NCBI GenBank assembly: GCA_043228905.1
Contig: JBHGNT010000020.1
Coordinates: forward strand, 5,456,001 to 5,520,000
Length of the DNA stretch: 64,000 nucleotides
Direction: 5' to 3'
From: Azolla caroliniana
Taxonomy: Eukaryota > Plantae > Polypodiophyta
The translations under genes and the position numbers were made by a program. Below the pieces are notes generated by a model that did no database searches, was not told the origin of the DNA, and was given only the letters and a program-made list of their open reading frames with translations. Positions 47,929-60,318 of this stretch are shown here, piece by piece (positions within the stretch are counted from its first letter, which is position 1; the number at the start of each line of letters is the position of its first letter).

Positions 47929-49104
47929 AACAAAAATACAAAACCATGGAGAGAGGGGAATGGAGAGAGAGAGAATGAGATTTCAACAAAGAGGCACAAA
48001 AGAGATTACAAATTGCCTATAGAAAAATAAGCTTTTCTCTCTCTTCTTCTTCTCTATGTTTACATTTTGGTTTTTTATTATATGTAGGTATAATAATGTG
48101 GATGGCCCTGATCGTTTGGGATTCTCAAAACAAGTTCAGGGCCATCCAAGCCCTAGATTCACTCTCATTGAGAAATAGTGACGAGCATTGGGCTAATGTT
48201 TAAGCACACATGCGCACGATTACCCATAGAAAAGTTTGTGTACAATGTTCATCAAGATCTAACCAATCAACCACTTACGCAATACATATATCATATATGT
48301 ATTACATGCATGCCAAAGTACATGTACATATTTCAAGTGACTTAATACATATATGTATATATAATGTTTTCCCTTATTTTAGTATGTATACAGTATATGC
48401 AATAATGCATGCCCTTGGCGTATGTATGTATGTATGTATGTACTCCTAAAGGCACCACTACCAGGCTGTGTTCAAGAGCTGTCATTGTTAACCATCGAAA
48501 ATATAAATATCTGAGAAAAAGGGAGACAGAGATCTGTGTTGGTAGAGAAGGGAGACAAGCAGACAGACGGGCTCTTTTTTTTGGCCCAACGAAGTATACC
48601 AAGGCAACCTGAGCCATTATCACTCGCTCCTCACTACGTACATATACATATATACATATGTATGTACATATTTGATACATACAAAAACATAAACATTAAA
48701 TATGTAGTGAGAGCTCGTCCCCTTCCGTGAATGTAGGGCTTTTGGACGACTCTGATGAAGTAGGGCTTTTGGGGAATCTCAGACAGACGATCAGGGTCGT
48801 CCACATAATTATATTTATTTAGATATATGTATGTACTAATAAATCGAAAAGTAAATAGAGAAAAATGAAAAAAGAAAAACTAAAATAAAGGAAAAGAAGA
48901 AGAGACTCAAAAGAGCAATCCCTTTTTTGGGGGAAAATTTTGGGGGAAAATTTAAATGTCTCTCTCTTTTTTATTGTAAGTAACTTACCCTAGTGGTAAG
49001 TTGATAACACTACAAGCATTATGTCTTGGGTTCAAAACCCAATTTCCTCACCTCTCTATTATATACTTCATACATATCTCTATTTCACTAGATGCCATTG
49101 TGGA

Positions 49105-49170
49105 ATGTAGGGATTGAACCCATGACCACCTAATCTCCATTGGGCAACCTTACCAACTGAGCTACATCCA
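49105..49170 (-). other. tRNA-derived SINE-head-like sequence (a weaker plus-strand one lies at ~48985-49042)
   Basis: Minus strand GGATGTAGCTCAGTTGGTAAG...GGGTTCAATCCC carries A and B boxes. Confidence 0.65.
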
Positions 49171-51607
49171 TTTGGGCTCTCTCTCTCTCTTTCTCTCTCT
49201 CTCTCTTATTTCCCTTTGTCTCCCGCTGCTCTATCTTGCGTTCTTCCTCCTCTCTTGTGGACATCGTATGCCCAAAATGGATATACTGTATACATTGACA
49301 TATTTCCAAATCATGAGTATATCATATAACACTTGAGGAGTAAATATTCCTCAAAAAAACTCCCTCAGATTGATTCTAAGTTCTTGCAACCATGCCATGT
49401 TTTGGAAATGTTGTTCGATTCATCAAAAGGAAAGTAAATTCATACCTTAATATGAAAGGTGCCTAGGTCTAGTGTCTTGAACATGTACCTTGGTCTCTTT
49501 ATGAGTCCATCCTCTTGCTCTAGCAAACCCATGAAGTAAATATTTAACCATAAAAACTCACATATTTAGGCTATTGTTCTTTGGCCACAACATCACTTGC
49601 GAGTACCTTTCCTCTTCGCCTTTAAGTTAGAATACGAATGGCATACATAATCCAATTATAACAATCAAGGTAGTACATATGGCATGATACAAAGAGACAA
49701 GGTTTTACTAGAACAAAACCTGAAACACACGTAATGAAAAAGGTAGTATATATTACACTTTATGAAATAACACCATAATCAACAAGAGACACACATAATC
49801 AAATGGAACTCAAGTTTCATATATTCAAATGGAACTCAAGTTTTTACAGATGTTGAAAAGTGAAGATAGTACATTGTTCCCAACACTATTTATTATTGTG
49901 AACCATCTTACATAGCTTTAGACAAAAATTAGATAAGAAGAATCTCGACCACATCAGTTGCAAAATTGGCATCAGCCTCTTCTCATGTCCATGGACCCTA
50001 CAAAAGGCACCAAACAAGGTTACCATTCAACAATGTAAAAATATGAATATAGGAATGAGTAAAAAATAAGGATTTAGGAATGAGAATGAAACCTGGCAAA
50101 ACTAAATGACACCTTCACCTGAACAGATATGTTGAAGCATTAAATCTATGTAGCAAGAATTCTAACTTTAGAAGCATAAATATTAATGATAGATACTCCA
50201 TCGTTACTTCTTATTGTGAACCATCCATCGTTCTCCCACAGCATAAATATTAGATATGGTTATGGCTATACCAAAAGTTGCAATTATGACCTATATATAG
50301 CAACTATAGCTATGGATTGAATCTGTTTCATTGGGAGTCTTCAAAACTTCGACATGGATATATGTATGTGAGCCGAAGCTACAACCAACGTTATAACAAA
50401 GCCAACATTTTATTCATTTTAGGTCATTATCGCGAATGACTTTTCTTCTCTAGCTTAAGAGAAGTAAATGGTTTATGCGAGTTCCTCATATAGAAACTCG
50501 TCATGGATTTGTTTATTGTTAACTCCATGGTACACCATCTGGTGATAATCGAAACATTGCAAAAGATAAAAAAAAAACTAAGAAACGATGTGATCTATTT
50601 GGGGCAGAGCATGTACCACACACGTTCATCTTCTAGTTGCAACAATCACATAACTCAGAAACCCAAAAATTTCGCTTCCCTCCATGAAGTAAATTAGAAA
50701 AGAAAATGTTATACATAATATAATAAAACATGATTCAGTGGTGCATTTGTGCAAATGTCAACGCAAAATACCTGTAAAATTTCTTGAACTCGCCAATAAC
50801 CCTAGATCCGCCTTGCCTTTCTACCCAAGTGTGTGCGAAATTGGAGGTCGAGGAAGCACACAGAGAGTACATACATACATACATACATACATACATACAT
50901 ACATTGACATATTCACATTCGTCGGGTTTCCCATTCGAATGCAAATGAATACGAATACGAATGGGCAGTCAAGTATTCGTTTTACCCCCCCTCCTCCCCC
51001 CAAAAAAAATAACTTTAAAAAAAATAAATTCCTAAGATAAAAAAAAAGGAACAAATAAATAGGGATAATAAAAGAGGGACTTTGAGGACTTGACACGACT
51101 AAAATTTTATAATAAATGTATAACTTATAAGTATTCGTTTTATTTTTAATAAATAAATAAAATAAAATAAAGGCTCATTAAATTTTCACTTTTTATTTCC
51201 TCAAAATTTATGGATATTTTTTATCTTGACATTAAAAATAGTATTTCGAACTAATTATATCTTCAAAGTTCATACTAATCATATTTGTATAATAAATATA
51301 AAAATATTCATTTTAAAAAAATTAATTAATTAAAATAAGTTTCATAAACTCTCTTGACACTATAAACTATTAATGAATAATTGTTTTTTTTAGTGAAATA
51401 CATTTATTTTAATAAATAAATAAATTTTTTATATTTATTTTACAAAACGAATGGTTTTTTAATATACTTAGGGCCATTTTGTATTCTCGAATATTGAGAA
51501 TATTGCGCATGGAGAATATCATGCATGTGTCAATCTATGCATACATATAGACAAGAAGAGAGAAGAAGGAAACACACGTTGCCAGAGAGAGAGAGAGAGA
51601 GAGAGAA

Positions 51608-53086
51608 AGAAAGCTCTTGAAATGTTGTCACGCTCCATGCGAATGTTGTTATGGAAAAGAAAAGGGAAAAGTGCCTTGTCATGGTTGGCATGGGATCACG
51701 TCTGTACTCCAAAGCGTCTTGGTGGGGCATCAATATTGAATCTATATGAGCATATGGTGGCTCGTCGATTTACTTTCATTCGATTCATGTTTGAAGGTGT
51801 ACAACCTTGGATAGAAATGGTGGCATACTTTATAGAGAAGAACGGAATAAAGCTTGGAAACATGAAGGTTGAAGCGAATTGGTGGAATGTAATTAATTCT
51901 GACAGGGATGTCAAATGTACAGGGTCTATGATAATTAATCATTTGTTGACATCTTGGCAAAGTATGTTGGATTTTGTGGAATGGCATCCCCCACAAGAAA
52001 AGGGATGTGCCAATTCATTACAAATGGAGGTTTTGGCAACATCAAGGTTGTTGAGGTGGGAAGGTAAACAAATTCTTAACCTTCAATTTAATCGAATGGC
52101 TAGATTGGGTTTGGTAAGAGTTAAGGATGCTATGTTGGTTTCACAAAGAAGATTAATGGCTTTTCGAACAATAAGATCAACATTTCGTATTCCAAAAGGT
52201 TATAACTTTATTTGGGATAAGTTGCAACAAATACTATCTTCGCATGAGCCAATTCCTGATTTAGATGGGCGATCTCAAGAGCTTGATTGGAGGTTTGTTG
52301 GAAATAAGAGATTGACTATGATCTCAACGAATGTTGCTTATCACAAGTTGATTGACAAACATAAGTGGTTGGAAGAAAGGGTTATAAAGATATGGGGTTT
52401 TCATAAGCCCATTACTTGGTGGTTTCATATGATCAAGGCAGGTTGGTGTTCTCGATTGATGCTACGAGCCAAGGTATTTATTTGGAGAGTTATGGTTGGA
52501 GCTTTACCATTAGGGGATGCATTAAAAAGAAGAAACATTACTAAAGGATTGTGTTTCTTTTGTTTGGTGGAATTGGAACATAGTAGGCATCGATTTATTT
52601 CATGCCCGATGGCAAGGATGGTTTGGAGGTGTATCAGTTTAGTGTGGATGTCTCTAACAGGAGTAAGTTTATCTTCCTTCAGTTGGGTTTTTGCACATAT
52701 GGAGAACAATGAACCGATGCCTCATTTTCAAATTATTTTTGAGTTCTTGAGGTATTGGGGGCTATGGTTCAATTGGAATATGCGGAATGCCTTCATTTTT
52801 TATTCGCAAGTTGGGGTGAGAAAATATGTTCTAAAGTTAAAAGGACTTCTTTTGTGGCAATTGACAGTGCTAGAGAAGTCACAAAATCTCAACCAGGAAG
52901 AGAGAGAACTCTGCAAGGTCACATATCATCATATTCGCCATTTGAATTGGTGTGTAGGGTGGCATTGAGTTTGGTGTCGTAGTTTTCTTTAGATCCCTAG
53001 ATAGAAGGGGTTCTATAGTTTGTTGTAAGTTAGTCATGGTGGTGTTCTTTCTTTCGTAATGAAAGCCATTATTTACGAAAAAAAGA
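51608..53086 (+). mobile_element. 5'-truncated L1-type LINE (ORF2 C-terminus with zf-RVT, 51622-52968)
   Basis: LAWDHVCTPKRLGG, KVFIWR...ALP...CFFC...EHSRHRFISCPMARMVW; short 3' UTR ending in an A-rich tract; GA-repeat flanks. Confidence 0.85.
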
Positions 53087-53385
53087 AGAGAGAGTTCAAA
53101 AATTCCCTCCCCCAACATGTTGTATTTTCTCTCTCTCTCTCTCTATTTTTTTATTTGGTGCACTTTTTGCTTTTTCCTTTTTTTGTGTTGGACGGCCTTC
53201 ATCGTCTACAATTCCAAGATGAGTTCAGGGCCGTCCAAGCCCTACTCAGTGAGCGAGCGCCTCTGGAGGGCTTATCTCACCTCTGGAGGGCTTATCTCTC
53301 ACTCACTCACTCACTCACTCACTCACTCCATGAAACAAAAACAAAACAAAATACATATTCAATCTCAATCTCTCTCTCCATCTCC

Positions 53386-56300
53386 ATGGCTGCTGCTGCT
53401 GATGATCAGGTCTGGCCTGTAAGTCTCCCCCTCCTACCCTAAACCCCTAAACCCTAAACCCTAAACCCTAAACCCTAAACCTTACCCTTCTTCTTCTGCT
53501 ATTACGCTTTCATTTATTTCAATTGCTTCCTCTTCTGTTTCTTCTACTTGCTTCTTTCAATGTTTCTTCCTCTCTTCATGGGTATCAGGTAGTATCCATT
53601 TTTGTCTTTTGTTGATGAATGTGTCTGTTTTCCTTCTTCTCATGCATAGGTAGTTAAGGTTTCTGTTTGCTGGCTTTCATCTGTTGTTCATACATACATT
53701 ACTTCAATTAAAGGTTTTTGCACCATAACTCTGCTCTCTTTCATCATGGATGGATGGATGGATGGATGCCCCTCCCTCCCTCCTAGAAAGAATTCATTCG
53801 TCAAACCATCAACGCTATCTATAATATAGGTAGGGTTCACAATAGATTATAGATAGTTAAGAGTATGTACATACTTGTTTGGGGTCATTATATTTATTAA
53901 AGTGTTGTTTATGAGAAGCCAATTTCTGCGTTGTCGTCCGGTCCGTCCATCCGTCTGTCTGTCAGGATCTCACCTTTGGCTGGCGAGTTGTGGTGGGCAC
54001 CTTGGCAGGCTTTGCTGGGGCTGCCCTCGGCAGTGCTGGTGGTGTTGGTGGCGGTTCAATCTTTGTTCCAACAGCACATCTCATCATTGGCTTCGACACA
54101 AAATCTTCCACAGCTCTTTCCAAATGTAAGGATCCCCTTGTATATTGGGTGGTGGGTTCTGGAACCTAAATAATTTTATAATAATAATAATAATAATATT
54201 GTATGCATCCCTTGGGTAGAAGGTCAATAAGTTTAATTTAGCTCAAGATATTCAATGATGCTATGGTAATTAATTGTTTTTGTTGAATTAAATTTGTGGG
54301 ATTGTTTCCAGGTATGATCATGGGAGCAGCTGTAACTACTGTTGCTTATAATCTGGGCCTCAAACATCCCATTCAAACTGATTCTCCAGTCATAGACTAT
54401 GATATAGCCATGGTTCTGCAGCCCATGCTTCTTCTAGGAATCAGTATTGGGGTAATCTTTAATTCAATCTTTCCCACCTGGATATTGACCCTTCTTCTGA
54501 TCTCTGTGATGATTGGTATATTTTTTCAACTTCCTGAAAATCTCTTAAAACGCTTGTTTGCGTTGTTGTCTTAAATGAAAGAAGGCTACCTGAATCTCAT
54601 GTTTAGGTACTGGCTCAAGGGTATTTAGGAAGGCTTTGGTTGCATGGAATAATGAAACCTTAGAGAAAAAGGTATTGAGGATAAAATCTTTTGTATATGG
54701 TAGTCACTGTTGGGATCAAATGCAGATATTCACATTGTCATCTGAAATGCAGTTGAGCAATGATCGAATTCCTCAAAAGCGGGAAGTGCATGAAGGTATG
54801 TGAAATATGCTTTTTGAAACGGATCCCCTGTACCTTCTCTTTTCCATATGTGGACACATTACATGAGATTTTACCCACAATCTTCTGTTACACAAGGATC
54901 AAGTGGTGACTACAGACCTCTGGGTGACACAGATGATTCCATTAACGATGCATCAACATTCGTAAGTTTAGTTGCATGACACTGCATTCCCATTTCTTGC
55001 TTGATCTCTGGTTTAAAAGTTAATTAATTAGCACATTAGATTTCAACATCTAAATTTTGTGTAAGCGTTGCTTTTTCCCCTTCTTGAAGTGTGGTCGTAT
55101 TAAGTAAGACTAACATTATATCGCATCAAGCTCTAGGTGTCATTATTATACCCATTAGGACGTTTGATTACATGCCAATGGTTTTATTGACCCAACCATC
55201 AGAAACATTGTAAACATTTTAATCGATGTTGTTGGGAATGGGTAATCAGAAGAAGCTGATAAGGAATATCAGATGGAAGAATGTTGCTGTCCTGTTTCTA
55301 GTATGGGCTTTGTTCCTGTGCTTGCAGATTCTTCAGGTAAGTTTCTGATTTTCTTTTTTGAGCTTCTTACAAGTTATTTATATACGCCACTGAAGTCCCC
55401 TTTTTAATGCATAATTTACTCGTAAAAGGCTACAGGAAATTAAGATGGTCGTATTTTAATTACTCGTAAAGCTGTAGGGAATTAAGATAAAACCTTAGAA
55501 GGCATAAGTTACTCTCACTCTTAAAGCTACTGTGCCATACAGAAAGGATACTTTCTTATGGTTTTCATACATTTGAAACATTACCTTTGATGGTCGTGCA
55601 GAGTCATTACCAAACATGTACCACAAACTATTGGATCCTTAACAGCCTCCAGGTGCATATAATCATGATGCCAAAAAACCAATAATTTCTGTTTGAAGGC
55701 CAAATTGTCGTAGTATATAAAATATGGAAATCAAAATATTGCGAAAACAGTTGCTTGCATATCATTTCAGGTTCCTGTGGCAGTATCGGCGTTCCTTTTC
55801 GCTGCCAGAAAGCTCTACATGAAGAGTAGGAGAGAATGTGATGATGCTCGAATGGTTGTCGGTGCAATGCCGGTTGGGTTTGGGATACTTGCAGTTAGCG
55901 CAGGGGGTAGCCTGGTTGCTGGCATTATAGGTGGCTTGTTGGGTCTGGGTGGAGGTTTTGCATTGGGGCCTCTCCTTCTAGAACTTGGAGTGCATCCACA
56001 GGTATGACAAATAAATAAATCCCTTCTTTAATTACCCTCACCAACCACAGGCCATCACTATTTGGAGGATATTTCCCGATTTATATATAAGGCATTCAAA
56101 TTTTTGCAAGAATCCAGCAAAAAGCAAAAGTCATCGTTACGTAATCACCTCCATTGACCTTTTAAATCCTCCCAACCCAAACACACATCACCTAATCAAG
56201 TGTTAATAATAAACACCCCCCCCCTCCCCCTCCCCAAAATAAAATCAAGTGCTAATCAAATATACTGTGTAGTTTCTACGCATTTTTCGATCATTTTAAT

Positions 56301-56521
56301 TCAAAATCTTTCATTTCCCATGAGATAATAGCTCATCGTATGCAGTTCATCAAGATTTTGTTTTTATTGTAATGCTAATTCATTTATTGCATCTTCTTTA
56401 TAACCCCCACCCAGGTTTTTACTGCAACAGCTACTTTTGCCATGCTCTTTTCTTCGTCCATGTCTGTCGTAGAGTACTATTTATTGAAAAGGTTCCCGGT
56501 TCCTTATGGTAAGCTGTAAGG

Positions 56522-56556
<35 letters not shown>

Positions 56557-56559
56557 ATA

Positions 56560-56620
<61 letters not shown>

Positions 56621-57445
56621 TGATGTATATTCTCACTCTTATGTAATATCTATGCATTTCTTACTCTGTATAAGACGTGTGCTTTCTGAGAGAGGGATGA
56701 GAACCCATCAACTGGTTTATGAAGTTGGTACCTGTGTACACTAGTCAAGAGAAACAGAAAACATGAGCCCAAATGATGGACACATTTGTTAACTCTATCT
56801 AATCTCTATCTATATATTTACTTAATCTAATTTGCTTTACTCTTATAACAAATGCCATGTCTATCCATCTATATGCTTAATCTGATTTTAAGTACGATAT
56901 GAATGAGAAGCACCAAACTTAAAGAATGCAAAAGCTGTATATACATGAATTTATATAATTGATTCATTGCAAACCGTTGAATTGACTTAAAAAAAGAAGC
57001 TGTATCTACTATTATGATATATATAAAATTGATTCACCTCAAAATTTTGAATTGAGAATGCCATGCTTTGGGTGCTGGCATATTAGCACTATATCTTTTC
57101 GCAGTGAGTATGGTAGGAGGGGTCTGTGGACAATACGTCATACAAAGCTTGGTTAGGCTCTTTGGCAGGGCTTCCATCATAATAATTCTGCTTTGTATGT
57201 TGACCCTATTCAGCGCATTTTTTCTGGGTGAGTTCCTCTCATATATATATATATATATCCTCTGTTTTCCAACACTGGACGCACATTCATACGTCCATGC
57301 AGCATACATCGATCTTAGTATGTATTCATGTTAATTTACATTATATGTATGGTTGGGTTCTTTGAATGTAGGTGGACTAGGTATTGAAGATGCTATTGAG
57401 AAACTGAGAATGGGCGAGTATATGGGCTTCTCTAGTTTGTGCTAG
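53386..57445 (+). CDS. Sulfite exporter TauE/SafE family membrane protein, 12 exons: 53386-53418, 53966-54125, 54312-54515, 54607-54671, 54753-54795, 54897-54961, 55250-55336, 55602-55652, 55771-56001, 56415-56508, 57087-57227, 57372-57445
   Basis: All introns GT-AG with consistent phase; motifs [98 protein letters not shown]. The start codon and exon 5 acceptor are less certain. Confidence 0.9.
53437..53480 (+). repeat. About six plant telomeric (CCCTAAA) repeats / telo-box cluster in intron 1
   Basis: ccctaaacccctaaaccctaaaccctaaaccctaaaccctaaac is directly visible. Confidence 0.9.
56523..56617. repeat. Compound (TC)n(TA)n(CA)n microsatellite in intron 10
   Basis: Directly visible. Confidence 0.95.
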
Positions 57446-57765
57446 TTTAGACCATTGTAAACCATTCATATTTTGTTCATTCAATTCTGTTTTTATTTTC
57501 ACAATGAATTTGCTTTTATTGTGCTAATGATTATATTAATTGTTTACGTTTAACTGTTTGTTTGACCTGGATTTTGGTGGTAGGATAAATATAAACATAA
57601 TACTTTTGTGAAATAAAGATGTAACTTTATTAGTGAGATGATTACGAAACTAGTGTATTATAGTTTTCAAGCTATTTAGGGAGACCACATACATACCATC
57701 AAAAACATATAGCTAAAAATTGCTTATTTGTACATGGATATGGGAGTGGTGGAGATTATTTCCAA

Positions 57766-60318
57766 TGTAAGCATAAGAGAAGGAAATAGATGATAGATCG
57801 TAAAGAGAAAGAGAGATAAAGAAGGTTGTTGATCCACTTGACCACCCCTGAGAGAAAGGTTGGAGCCTTGAACAATATCTCAAATCATCGCCATGGCATC
57901 AAGTCGCACTTGGTACTGATGAGTGCCTCGCCACAAGAGTTTGTTCACCACAAGTCTCGATGTAGTCAAATAATGTATTAATGAGAATAGTTAGGCCTCA
58001 TATTTATAACTAGACCTAAGGCCCTTAGACAAGTTTACACTTGGTCTTTAAAGGTTGTCCCAATCCTTAGGGTTAAAAGTTTTTCTTCATACTCTTGATT
58101 AACCCTCACACTTTTATCCTCGTGTAGATTATTATGGTACAACTTACCACGAGATAAATTATAGTCATGCATGTAATATACTCCCCCCTCTTTAAAACAT
58201 TGCACTCTTGCAATGAAAAGTTAGGCAAGCTAGTTTTAATGGTGTTTTCTTGTTCCCATATTGCATAATTTATAGATTCTCCATCTATTCAATTTTTAAT
58301 TCTTGGATTATTTTAGAATGCAAATATTTTAGTTTAACATCGAGAATTTCTTTTGGTACATGTGGTTTACAATCTAAAATTGTAGAAGTAACTATGGTCA
58401 TTTGATGTAACTTTATTATTGCTAGAACTAAGAAGTTCTTTTAGATGACTTGCGTGAAAAATTGGATGGATTTTGACACCCTTTTAGAAGAGTGAGATGA
58501 TAGGCTGTTGCATAGTATGAACCATACGCTTCAATCATTCATGTAAGAAAAACACCCTCAAAGAATGATAAATACCATACTTTTGGATTATCTATTTCTT
58601 ATGAGGTAAATAAGCCTAAAAAATGAAAAAACACATTTAAAAAATGGGAAAAAAAACAAAAAACAAAACACAAGAATGTTTCAATAACATTCGCATTTGT
58701 TTTCCAACGTAGGAAAACGAATGTTATGTTAGACGAACACGAATTTTACGTACTATGGGTTGATGCAATGCGTTTGGAGACTATGAAAGGTCCACAAAAC
58801 TGTGGGCTAACTTAATGCATGTACTCGTAGACAATGTTTTGTAATCTTGAGGTACATGTAGAAATACCTTATGTTTAGGGTTGAATATACGAGATTGCCT
58901 ATTATGGTCGGCATAAAAACACTCTTTATCTTGAGTCGTGTTTATATTATCTCATGCAATATGCAACTTATCTTACATATCCATTAGAAAGTTGTGTAGT
59001 TCTCAACTCATCATGATATATATTAACATAAATTTGCGGCTTGTGTTTGAAAGTTATACATCAATATAAGAGGACTATATCTCATTGATGTATGGTTGGA
59101 GTTGTTATAAGCAAATTCGAAAATTAGAGATAACGTGTCTTGTGGTTGAAAGTTATACATCAACATAAAAGGACTATATCTCGTTAATGAATGGTTGGAG
59201 TTGTTATAAGCGAACTCCAAAATTAGATATAATGTGGCTTAACATGTGGTTAAAAGCTATATGTTAACATAAACAAACTATATCATGTCGATGTATGGTT
59301 GGAGTTGTTATAAGCAAACTCCAAAATTAGAGATAACATGACTTGTGGTTGAAAATTATACATCAACATAAAGGACTGTATCCCATCGATGTATTGTTGG
59401 AGCTGTTTTAAGCAAACTTGAAATTTTGCAGATAACGTTCCAATTTTGTTAACAACGTATACTCGAGGCATGTCCTCAATCATTTGATTACCCGTTTTGT
59501 TTATCCATGGGATTGAGGATGATCCGTAGAGCTCATGCTCAAGGTAGTTTCTAGCTTCTTAAAGACTTGTGACCGAAAGTCGTTAGTAAACTTTGAATCT
59601 CAATCACTCATAATATTCATTGGTAACCTATAAAAATGGAATTACTCATCAATGAATTGGTAGGCTAATTCAAAAGAGGTTACCTTGATTTTAGTAACAA
59701 TAAACCTAGCCATTTTAGTTAGTCTATGAACTATAACGCAAATGGCATCATGGCCCTTTTGGGGGTGAGGAAGCTTGTCTAGCTTCCTAAAGACGTGTCA
59801 CCAAAAGCCATTAGTAAACTTTGAATCTCAATCACTCACAATATCCATCGTTAACCCATAAAAATGGAAATACTCATCAACGAATTGGTAAACCAATTTA
59901 GAAACGGTTATTGTAGATTTAGCAACAATAAACCTAGCCATTTTAGTTAGTCTATGAACTATAACACAAATGACATCATGGCCTTTTTGGGTGTGAGGAA
60001 GGCTAACAATAAAATCTATGGATACACGTTCCCATTTTGTTCGCAACAACGTATACTTGAACCATATCCTAAATAATTCGATTTACTCATTTCGTTCGTC
60101 CATCAAATTGAGGATAATCTGTGGAGCTTATGCTCAATGTAGCTTCTAACTTCTTAAAGTCGCTAGTAAACTTTGAATCTCTATCACACACAATATCCAT
60201 CAATAACCCATAACAAGGAAATAATACATCAACTAATTGGTAAGACAATTCAAAAGTGGTTATCTTGTTTTTAGTAGCAATAAACTTGGCCATTTTAGTT
60301 AGTCTTTCCACTATAACC
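57766..60318 (-). mobile_element. Highly decayed chromovirus 3' part (integrase fragments, chromodomain trace, PPT ~58180-58192, probable LTR ~57766-58178)
   Basis: WERVSIDFIVSLP...RLTKMARF...IVSD, EFAYNNS, YAIWE trace near 58255, and GAGGGGGGAG on the minus strand. Confidence 0.7.

Noticed and set aside
48752-48803. CTGATGA inside a hairpin, resembling a hammerhead ribozyme core (also 57917 and 60517)
   Set aside because: No stem II followed by GAAA and no properly placed cleavage triplet.
49300-50700. Possible small minus-strand exons with AG/GT borders
   Set aside because: I could not assemble a stop-free, recognisable protein; unresolved without a homology search.
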